A DNA stretch of 64,000 nucleotides from a virus. How positions within the stretch are numbered: position 1 is the first letter of the stretch; each line of letters starts with the position of its first letter. The stretch lies in IMG/VR virus record IMGVR_UViG_3300042453_004434, positions 32,001 to 96,000 of that record. The stretch is one strand, 5' to 3'. The position numbers were made by a program, and so were the translations under genes. Positions 20,956-27,998 of the stretch are shown here, one piece after another. Under the pieces are notes generated by a model, which was not told where the DNA came from, ran no database searches, and saw nothing but the letters and a program-made list of their open reading frames with translations.

Positions 20956-21047
20956 TTAGGTTCATACGGTGTATTGGTTATTTTCCGATCCGCAGTGTCC
21001 ATCCCCTAAACCAATAGGTGACACCTTTCATTAGCGGTTGAACCTAA
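20956..21047 (-). ncRNA. candidate three-way-junction RNA with kissing loops
   Basis: UUAGGUUCA/UGAACCUAA, CCGC/GCGG, GUGUC/GACAC, CCUA/UAGG; loop UUGGUU complementary to loop AACCAA. Confidence 0.6.
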
Positions 21048-21070
21048 AAATTATTATAAAAGAACTAAAT

Positions 21071-21125
21071 GCCCATTTTTTGCTCAGTGTAAAGCGACTC
21101 AAATCAAGATCGCTTGGGCGCACTG
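21071..21125 (-). ncRNA. candidate pseudoknot RNA
   Basis: CAGUG/CACUG enclosing AGCGA/UCGCU; GCCCA pairs with 3' UGGGC across A-rich linker. Confidence 0.5.
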
Positions 21126-21133
21126 TATGTTTT

Positions 21134-21221
21134 TTGCAGATCACGTCGCTGAGTTGTCTGGTGCCCAGAATTTCCAGCGCCCCAAACTACGGTCAATTAC
21201 CGACTCCCGTCATTGCTGCAA
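21134..21221 (-). ncRNA. unnamed RNA motif, short copy
   Basis: UGCAGCAAUGA...UGAUCUGCA termini shared with 21225..21415, compensatory changes in three helices. Confidence 0.7.
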
Positions 21222-21224
21222 AAA

Positions 21225-21415
21225 TTGCAGATCAGGTTGTTCAGTGCTTAATGTGTTCCCAATCAGATATCGACATACTTTAGCTCGGATGATTCGAAAA
21301 GCATCATCTACTTTACGCTAATTAAATGTCCTGATTTCTACCAGATTCTTTCCGAGAGGCTTTTCACTGGCTACCTTAAGCTACGTCTTAGTGACGACTG
21401 CCCTCATTGCTGCAA
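21225..21415 (-). ncRNA. unnamed RNA motif, long copy with ~100-nt structured insert
   Basis: same core as 21134..21221; insert folds into nested hairpins. Confidence 0.7.
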
Positions 21416-21420
21416 AATTT

Positions 21421-21540
21421 ATTATGATTTAGGTAGCTACTCCCAAATCATAATTTTCCTCAAATACCGTCCGTAATAGAAATCCAAATCTATTATCATG
21501 TGTTCGCTTTTGGAAGCCGGATGTATTTTTTGGAAAAATT
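21421..21540 (-). ncRNA. candidate three-way junction plus long hairpin directly after tRNA-Leu
   Basis: UUUUCC/GGAAAA, AAAUAC/GUAUUU, UCCG/CGGA enclosing GCUU/AAGC and UAAUAGA/UCUAUUA; then AUUAUGAUUUGGG/CCUAAAUCAUAAU. Confidence 0.45.
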
Positions 21541-21625
21541 GGTGCCGCTAGACAGGGTCGAACTGTCACGCCATTTCTGGCAGCAGATTTTAAGTCTGCT
21601 GTGTCTGCCATTCCACCATAGCGGC
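21540..21625 (-). tRNA. tRNA-Leu(TAA)
   Basis: type II cloverleaf, GCAGA-CTTAAAA-TCTGC, CCA. Confidence 0.95.
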
Positions 21626-21643
21626 ATTTAAAAGAACGTACAT

Positions 21644-21672
21644 ATCCTACTATTGGATACGCCCTTTGTCAA
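21644..21672 (-). promoter_or_regulatory. sigma70-like promoter for tRNA-Leu and downstream RNAs
   Basis: TTGACA-17-TAGGAT followed by GTTCTTT. Confidence 0.7.
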
Positions 21673-21681
21673 GGAAAAATT

Positions 21682-21756
21682 TGGTGCATCTGGCGCGACT
21701 CTCACGCGCAACCTAACCCTTATAAAGAGTTTGCTCTGAAATTGAGCTACAGATGC
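21682..21756 (-). tRNA. tRNA-Ile(TAT)
   Basis: AACTC-TTTATAA-GGGTT anticodon arm, CCA; T-loop TGAGAGT. Confidence 0.85.
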
Positions 21757-21773
21757 ATTTAAAGAACACGAAC

Positions 21774-21802
21774 AATCTACTCTGAAAACTTGCTCTTGTC
21801 AA
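21774..21802 (-). promoter_or_regulatory. sigma70-like promoter
   Basis: TTGACA-17-TAGATT. Confidence 0.7.
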
Positions 21803-21839
21803 CATCAAAAGATTTGAATTTCACATTTCGAATCTTATC

Positions 21840-22532
21840 ATGTATATAATATATATTATGTTATTAATTTCTATAGATCAAATTTCTAATTATAAATCAA
21901 TGGATCTTTTAGATGTTAAATGCGATTCTTGTCAAAAAATTTTTAAAAGAAGACAAGCTCAAATAAAAAGCGATCTTAAATTAAAGAATCAAACAAAACA
22001 TTATTGTTCGAATAAATGCCAAGGTATTAAACAAATTACAAAAATTAAAGTTGAATGCAAGCAATGCGGAAGTGAATTTTTCAAAGTAGCAGGAGAACAT
22101 CGAAGGCATCCAAATTCTTTTTGTAACAGATCATGCGCCGCAACATACAACAACACTCATAAAACTCATGGTTGTAGAAGATCTAAATTTGAAATTTATT
22201 TATCTGAAATTTTACCAAATCGTTATCCTGATTTAGAATTTCATTTTAATAGAATTGATACTATTAATTCTGAGTTAGATATTTATATTCCTGATTTGAA
22301 ATTAGCTTTTGAATTAAATGGTATTTTTCATTATGAACCTATTTATGGTAAAGAAAAACTTTTAAGAACACAAAATAATGATCAAAGAAAATTTCAAGCT
22401 TGTTTAGAACGGAATATAGAATTATGCATTATTGATGTATCTAGTATTTCTTATTTCAAACCAGACAGAGTTCAAAAATTTGTAGATATAATAACAAATA
22501 TTATTGATTCAAAATGTAAAAGAACAGAATAA
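21840..22532 (+). CDS. free-standing putative homing endonuclease (Cys-rich repeats + PD-(D/E)xK/Vsr-like domain)
   Basis: CxxC...CS..C repeats; S..E, ELDIYIP.LKLAFELNG..HY; start may be 21858. Confidence 0.8.
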   Translation: MYIIYIMLLISIDQISNYKSMDLLDVKCDSCQKIFKRRQAQIKSDLKLKNQTKHYCSNKCQGIKQITKIKVECKQCGSEFFKVAGEHRRHPNSFCNRSCAATYNNTHKTHGCRRSKFEIYLSEILPNRYPDLEFHFNRIDTINSELDIYIPDLKLAFELNGIFHYEPIYGKEKLLRTQNNDQRKFQACLERNIELCIIDVSSISYFKPDRVQKFVDIITNIIDSKCKRTE

Positions 22533-22534
22533 AA

Positions 22535-22806
22535 TGGGGGGCCTTGAAGGATTTGAACCTTCACTCAACGAATTCGGATTTGTGAATATTTCTATTCTCT
22601 CTGGACTTTACCACTTCCATAGTATTTCTACTTTAGGAACGCGCCGTCAAGTCTCTACACCTTCTGTATTTCTACAGCTTGGCTCGGTATTGCCTACTAT
22701 TTGTAGTTTAGGTTTCACCGACTTTGACGCGATTCAATATAGAATTTCTTCTATAAGGCACTTTTATTAAATGAGTTCGCTGCTTTAACCATTAAGCTAA
22801 AGGCCC
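22535..22806 (-). tRNA. tRNA-Ile2-type (CAT) interrupted by a group I intron
   Basis: exons GGGCCTTTAGCTTAATGGTTAAAGCAGCGAACTCAT | AATTCGTTGAGTGAAGGTTCAAATCCTTCAAGGCCCCCCA join to a full cloverleaf. Confidence 0.9.
22575..22770 (-). mobile_element. group I self-splicing intron (IC3, Azoarcus-like), 196 nt, no ORF
   Basis: exon ends in U, IGS GUG, AAAGUCGGUGAAACC, CCGAGCCAAG, GAAGGUGUAGAGACU.GACGG, AGUCCA, terminal G. Confidence 0.9.
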
Positions 22807-22833
22807 GTAATTATAAAAAGAACAAAAATAAAT

Positions 22834-22907
22834 TGGTAGGACCGGAGGGTAACGCTCCCTCTTCTATGGTTTAAAAGACCATTGCATCACTTTAATGCTT
22901 CGATCCC
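22834..22907 (-). tRNA. tRNA-Lys(TTT)
   Basis: ATGGT-CTTTTAA-ACCAT, CCA; atypical T-loop AGCGTTA. Confidence 0.85.
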
Positions 22908-22925
22908 ATTTTAAAGAACTTCAAT

Positions 22926-22954
22926 ACTCTATCTTAGAATATTGCCTCTGTCAA
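22926..22954 (-). promoter_or_regulatory. sigma70-like promoter
   Basis: TTGACA-17-TAGAGT. Confidence 0.7.
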
Positions 22955-22966
22955 GAGAGAAAAATT

Positions 22967-23043
22967 TGGGAGCAGGTGCTGGATTTGCACCAGCGATCTT
23001 CACGTTATGAGCGTGACGAGATAGACTACTTCTCCAACCTGCT
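22967..23043 (-). tRNA. tRNA-Met(CAT), initiator-like body
   Basis: TGGAG..CTCG TCACG-CTCATAA-CGTGA AGATC, CCA. Confidence 0.85.
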
Positions 23044-23066
23044 ACTAACTCACTTTCAACGCACTA

Positions 23067-23095
23067 ACTCTACATCAAACACACACACTTGTCAA
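23067..23095 (-). promoter_or_regulatory. sigma70-like promoter
   Basis: TTGACA-17-TAGAGT. Confidence 0.7.
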
Positions 23096-23109
23096 GCGAT
23101 TTTTTGAAG

Positions 23110-23184
23110 TGGAGCCTCCTTCCGGGCTTGCGCCGAACTCTGAGGTTTACAAAACCCCTGCATCGCTGCCTATGCTTAGGAGGC
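23110..23184 (-). tRNA. tRNA-Thr(TGT)
   Basis: GGGGT-TTTGTAA-ACCTC, CCA; T-loop CGCAAGC. Confidence 0.85.
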
Positions 23185-23190
23185 CACTAA

Positions 23191-23490
23191 CTAAAAATTC
23201 TCACCCTTACCAACAATATTAATACTATTTATATCTACTTTATAGTATTTTGCAACTCTTTTCTTAAAATTATTACACACTTTTTTAACATGATGCGGAA
23301 TTACCGCATTGGTTTTCGTGGCGAAACGACTAACTGCAATATTAAAACCACGTAGCTTATCAAAGCGATCACCAGCTTTTACATTGGTATACGACCAACT
23401 AATAATTGGATAATCATTTGTTGATTTATCAGCAATCAAAACACCACGCAGCTTATTCTTTTTTGGATCGTGAATATATTGAACAATCAT
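23191..23490 (-). CDS. hypothetical phage protein
   Basis: WS......DRFDK..G..IA..R pattern. Confidence 0.7.
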   Translation of the reverse strand: MIVQYIHDPKKNKLRGVLIADKSTNDYPIISWSYTNVKAGDRFDKLRGFNIAVSRFATKTNAVIPHHVKKVCNNFKKRVAKYYKVDINSINIVGKGENF

Positions 23491-23527
23491 ATAATAAAAG
23501 AGATCATGAATTTAGTGTAACTATAAT

Positions 23528-24160
23528 ATGAATATGGAAACTCGTCAATGTAAAAAGTGCAAATCTTTCAAAAATTTAACTGAAGAATTTTGGATGTTAA
23601 GAAAATCTAGATTTGGATATAAATGTAGAAAATGCGAAAACCAAGATTGTAAAAACTATCATTTTAAAAATCACGATAAAATATTAAAAAGATTAAAAGA
23701 TTATAAAAATAATCATCAAAAAGAAATTCAAGATTATCGAGATAAAAATAAATTAAAAATGAAAGAATATAGATTAAAAAATAAACAATATTTTCGAGAA
23801 TATTTTAAGAATAGACAAAGAAAAAAAAGATTAGATCCTATTTACAAATTACATAGTAATATATCTAGAGGTATCAATCATCACTTAAAAGGAGCTTGTA
23901 TAAAAAAGAATAAAAGTTGGTTAAAATATGTTGATTTTACTTTAGAACAATTAAAACTACATTTAGAATCTAAATTTTCAGATGGAATGAATTGGGAAAA
24001 TTATGGCAAATGGCATATAGACCATATAAAACCCAAATCATTGTTTAAAATAAATAGCCCAGAAAGTATTGAATTTAAAAAATGTTGGTCACTTGATAAT
24101 TTACAACCTCTCTGGGCTATTGATAATATATTAAAAAGTAACAATTATACCGAAAATTGA
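23528..24160 (+). CDS. putative HNH homing endonuclease
   Basis: CxxC...CxxC, M.WENYG.WHIDHIKP...NLQPLWA.DN..K. Confidence 0.85.
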   Translation: MNMETRQCKKCKSFKNLTEEFWMLRKSRFGYKCRKCENQDCKNYHFKNHDKILKRLKDYKNNHQKEIQDYRDKNKLKMKEYRLKNKQYFREYFKNRQRKKRLDPIYKLHSNISRGINHHLKGACIKKNKSWLKYVDFTLEQLKLHLESKFSDGMNWENYGKWHIDHIKPKSLFKINSPESIEFKKCWSLDNLQPLWAIDNILKSNNYTEN

Positions 24161-25074
24161 TGATTGGTTAAAAGATTACAACCTTTAGACGTGATCTGTC
24201 GTAAACCATCAATATGGATTAAGTTTTTCTTGATCAAATATAATTCAAAATCTTTTTGAATCGCGCTTCTCGACAAACCTGTTTTTGCAGCCAAAGCAGA
24301 CAATGAACAATGTCCATTTTGACGCAAAATATTTAGTATCTGCCACTCAATCCGGTTCAAACCGTGAGGTAGTATTCCGAGAATATATACCAACTTCTTA
24401 GCGTCGTCAAGCGTAAACTTCTTGACATTGTAATTTTTACAATACAATGCTACTTCCTTGGCCCGGAGAACGCATGACCGTGCATTACCCCTTGAAGTAT
24501 CAGCCAGCATTGCAAGCGCATCATTATCAATTTCAATCTGAGGAAGATTCAACTTAAAAATATGCTCTAATTCATTATTAGAATAATCAGCAAATTCTAT
24601 TGTAGTTAATCTATCTCTCAGTGGCAGAAAGATCTTATCTGATTCAGTAGTTGCAAACAATATATTTATTTTTGTAAAATCAAAAACAAAAAGATTGTCG
24701 CCGTGATTATAATGCTTAATATTTCCTGCTTCTGTATTTAGAATTGTAAGAAAAGCAAATACTAGATTTTCAGGAAGACAGTGACATTCATCAAAAAACA
24801 GCACAACTTCTTTATCTTGAACATGATTAATAAAAATCTGCTCAAAGAAATGTGCAGAAGATTTGATGCTTGAACTGTTAATCTCAAGTAATGGCTTTTT
24901 CTGTCCATTGCTATCCAGCAGCGATTTCGAGAAAGCACGAACAAAATTCGTCTTGCCCAAACCGCGAGCACCGATAAAGTTGAGAAACGGTACGGTGCGA
25001 GAAGTTGCGTAAGCTGACGCATAGAACGCCAGCTTACGCTTTACTTCCACTTGACCCACTAGTGAATCAAACAT
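24145..25074 (-). CDS. ruvB: RuvB-like Holliday-junction AAA+ ATPase
   Basis: VGQ, GARGLGKT, FFDECH, ATT, PLRDR, RGNAR, C-terminal wHTH. Confidence 0.85.
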   Translation of the reverse strand: MFDSLVGQVEVKRKLAFYASAYATSRTVPFLNFIGARGLGKTNFVRAFSKSLLDSNGQKKPLLEINSSSIKSSAHFFEQIFINHVQDKEVVLFFDECHCLPENLVFAFLTILNTEAGNIKHYNHGDNLFVFDFTKINILFATTESDKIFLPLRDRLTTIEFADYSNNELEHIFKLNLPQIEIDNDALAMLADTSRGNARSCVLRAKEVALYCKNYNVKKFTLDDAKKLVYILGILPHGLNRIEWQILNILRQNGHCSLSALAAKTGLSRSAIQKDFELYLIKKNLIHIDGLRQITSKGCNLLTNHQFSV

Positions 25075-25076
25075 GA

Positions 25077-25322
25077 TCAGCTAATGACAAACTCGACCTT
25101 AGAGTTCTCTTCTAGCTGCTGCTTGATGTTCTCAGGAAGCTCATCGACTTCCTTGTTAGTCTCAACGTCAACGACGTTGAACTTTGCAAGCCACGTCCTG
25201 CCGACCTGAATCTCAGTAGCAGGATTGGTGCCAATCTTTGAGAGAAGATCTCCCAAAGTGATGTTTACGGTTGAGGTTGCGCCCTTGGGGCGTCCACGCA
25301 GTTTCTTCTCAGTGTTCAGCAT
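25077..25322 (-). CDS. small putative DNA-binding protein
   Basis: RGRPKG AT-hook-like motif. Confidence 0.65.
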   Translation of the reverse strand: MLNTEKKLRGRPKGATSTVNITLGDLLSKIGTNPATEIQVGRTWLAKFNVVDVETNKEVDELPENIKQQLEENSKVEFVIS

Positions 25323-25871
25323 ACGGTGATCAGAGTATCAGGTTTTTAAGGTTTGTCAACAGGTAAAAATCTTCAAAAAACGGCCTAAAATCGCGATTTT
25401 GCTACTTTTGGGGAAAAAGAAGCCTCACTTTCAAAACACAGGTGATGAACGCGCTATGAGGCTTTACTGGAACTTTTGAAAAAAAGTTGGACCAGTTTTA
25501 TTTTGCGCTATATATATTTACACTTATAAATAATAATAAAGAGAATATATTTTTAAATATCTTGATTCTCTTGTTCTATGTCATCATCTTCTGCACCAAA
25601 ATTATCTAATTCATCTGCATAATCTTCATAGCAAAAAGCACAAATGATTTTTTTGCCTACCTTTTGGAAATCATCGTTCTCAGTGTCTATAAATTCTTCA
25701 CAGTATAAACATTTTTTCATATTTAATAATTAAAAATACATTTAGTATTTATAAATGTGAAATATTATACTGTTGTTTATTAGAAAATCTATATATTTGT
25801 AAGTACATCGTTCACTATTGAGCTTTAATTTTTGTATTTATATATTAATATAGTGTATATTTTTTATATAT

Positions 25872-26231
25872 ATGAGCGATATCAGTTATACATGGAGAGT
25901 AGGCGCAATGGATTGTTATCCCGATTTCAGTGGATATGTTGATTATGTTTTTACAGTCCATTGGGATTGTTTGTCATACTACTCTGGAGTAAGCGGCGGT
26001 CCTTTTAATGGCAGAGTTTATTCTTGTACTTCAGTGCCACTAAATACAGGAGAGTTTATTCCTTATGCCAATCTAACTGAGAATCAAGTACTTACTTGGG
26101 TTTGGGACACAATTGGACAAGATCAAAAAAATGCATTTGAAAGCGGTGCAGGTCAACAGATTTTAAATCAAATCACTCCTCCTGTTGTTCAACCTCCGCT
26201 TCCTTGGCTTTCTACGGGCACACCTTCTTGA
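25872..26231 (+). CDS. conserved phage (probably virion-associated) protein
   Basis: TVHW...FIPYANLTE.QVL.WV...PLPW. Confidence 0.75.
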   Translation: MSDISYTWRVGAMDCYPDFSGYVDYVFTVHWDCLSYYSGVSGGPFNGRVYSCTSVPLNTGEFIPYANLTENQVLTWVWDTIGQDQKNAFESGAGQQILNQITPPVVQPPLPWLSTGTPS

Positions 26232-26498
26232 AGGTTCCGCCATCAAAGTACTATAAATCAATTTACCTAAATTAGCAGCAAATTTTCTAGCTTTCCATTC
26301 AGGCAAATCATATAGATGAGCATGAAAAACCTCTTCTATAAGAACGTTAAGCTTTCTTCTTTTTAGTAGCTGCGGATCTACAATGATTTGTGGTCGTTCT
26401 GTATCTGGACTATCGCACAAACCTTCCACAGCACGACTAAACTTTGGTATTGCGAATATTAATTCATATTCTATATCTTCGAAGTTTTTAAATTTCAT
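26163..26498 (-). CDS. zincin-like small protein
   Basis: GLC..P, LIEEVFHAH (degenerate HExxH). Confidence 0.55.
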   Translation of the reverse strand: MKFKNFEDIEYELIFAIPKFSRAVEGLCDSPDTERPQIIVDPQLLKRRKLNVLIEEVFHAHLYDLPEWKARKFAANLGKLIYSTLMAEPSRRCARRKPRKRRLNNRRSDLI

Positions 26499-27085
26499 AA
26501 TGATATTTTATTTTCTAATTTTAATATCAATGAAGGTATTTTACTACTAATATTATATACCTTTCTAAATATATATCTTACTGCTTTATTATATGGCGCG
26601 TAAATATATTTATATTTTTTAGTCTGCCGAAACTCGTAATCTTTACGCAGTTTTTCGTTAAAAATCTTATCTTTTTCTTTTCTTTTTTGATTAGGAGTGG
26701 CTTCGAAATTTAACAATCTGATATTTTTTACAGCTCCTTTATCAAATTGTATTTCATAAGAGATGAAATAATCAAAGTCTTTGCTATTATCATGATCAAT
26801 ATAATCATACATTTCTATTGTACCATGAAAATAATCAGGCTCAAACCAAGATTTTTTAGTTGTTATTTTACCACATTGTTCTAAAAAACTTTTTGCATTA
26901 GCGTTACCTGCTACATATTCAGTTTCTCGATGTTCCGCCCATAAAACACCATCTTCTCGGATTTCATAATATCCAAGAGAACAATCTAAATCTTTAGTTT
27001 GAAAATATTCAGAACCAGAATATCCTTTAGGATCATCTGGCATAGGAAGTGAATATTTACATTTAATAGTATCGTAAAGACCCAT
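26495..27085 (-). CDS. conserved phage protein
   Basis: MGLYD...FQTKDL. Confidence 0.75.
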   Translation of the reverse strand: MGLYDTIKCKYSLPMPDDPKGYSGSEYFQTKDLDCSLGYYEIREDGVLWAEHRETEYVAGNANAKSFLEQCGKITTKKSWFEPDYFHGTIEMYDYIDHDNSKDFDYFISYEIQFDKGAVKNIRLLNFEATPNQKRKEKDKIFNEKLRKDYEFRQTKKYKYIYAPYNKAVRYIFRKVYNISSKIPSLILKLENKISL

Positions 27086-27090
27086 AATTA

Positions 27091-27774
27091 TTAATCGTTT
27101 CTATACTCTTGAGGATCGAAATAACGCTCGTATATATTACCTGCATAACTCATATCAGCATTAGCCCAGCTATGAGGAATAGATGTTATTAAAGATTCTA
27201 AATCTGAATGATTGTTTAATTGTTTAACATCTGGTAATTTATTAATATGACTTGATCTTGCCCACCAAAAATTTCCTGGATATATTGTTTTAATTTCACT
27301 GGTATTTGGATACGAAAATTCTCCGCGCATCACGCCAAAAACATCATGATTATTCAACGATAAAACAGATGATTCCCATTTTTCTATATTGAAATAATTC
27401 AACATTTCACGCCATGATTTAATATTTCTGCGAACTCTATCACAATGAACAATTGATGTAACTCCTTTTGCGTGATAATATAAGACAAATGCGTTTTCAT
27501 AAGATTTACAAATTTCTTGTAGCAGTATGATAGTGTTTTTTTCACCATCGTTATATGGATGCACAATAATATTTATTTTATTTTTAGTATCAAGCTTCTT
27601 AATTAAATCAATGAATTTATAAATTTGAAACATATCTGAACTATATGCACAATAATATATTTTATGTGAAACATCGTATAAACCTTTGCTTAAAAGTAAA
27701 TTCAATTGGTCTTGCACAATATCAAACCAATCATTAACCAAATAATTATGAGCAAATACTAAAATCTCATTCAT
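27091..27774 (-). CDS. putative glycosyltransferase-like protein
   Basis: LYYHAKG, W...L.YF, GNFWWA. Confidence 0.6.
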   Translation of the reverse strand: MNEILVFAHNYLVNDWFDIVQDQLNLLLSKGLYDVSHKIYYCAYSSDMFQIYKFIDLIKKLDTKNKINIIVHPYNDGEKNTIILLQEICKSYENAFVLYYHAKGVTSIVHCDRVRRNIKSWREMLNYFNIEKWESSVLSLNNHDVFGVMRGEFSYPNTSEIKTIYPGNFWWARSSHINKLPDVKQLNNHSDLESLITSIPHSWANADMSYAGNIYERYFDPQEYRND

Positions 27775-27998
27775 TAATTTCCTTTATTTTTATACTCTTG
27801 AACATCGTACAAGAAATTTTTAAAAGCTTTAAAATCTTCCTTATCAGCATCATTCATGTCATGAGTATCAGTTGTCTTTAGATAATCAAGAAGAATAGAA
27901 GTATAATAAGAAGGAATAATAATATTCTTTCCGTCATACTTCAAATCATCAGACTTAACAGGATATGGCCGATTATAAAATAGATCTTTGTTCATATA

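Noticed and set aside
21134-21415. TIGR or box C/D guide array, T-box, tmRNA
   Set aside because: Only two copies of unequal length, covariation favours a plain helix register, no Nop-domain protein, T-box sequence or tag ORF seen
20956-21540. Hammerhead or HDV-like ribozyme
   Set aside because: No correctly placed CUGANGA/GAAA core or nested double pseudoknot found by eye
21038-21611. ORFs 21038..21283, 21127..21321, 21429..21611
   Set aside because: Overlap tRNA-Leu and structured RNAs; atypical composition
22504-23107. ORFs 22504..22770 and 22895..23107
   Set aside because: Antisense to tRNAs and the group I intron
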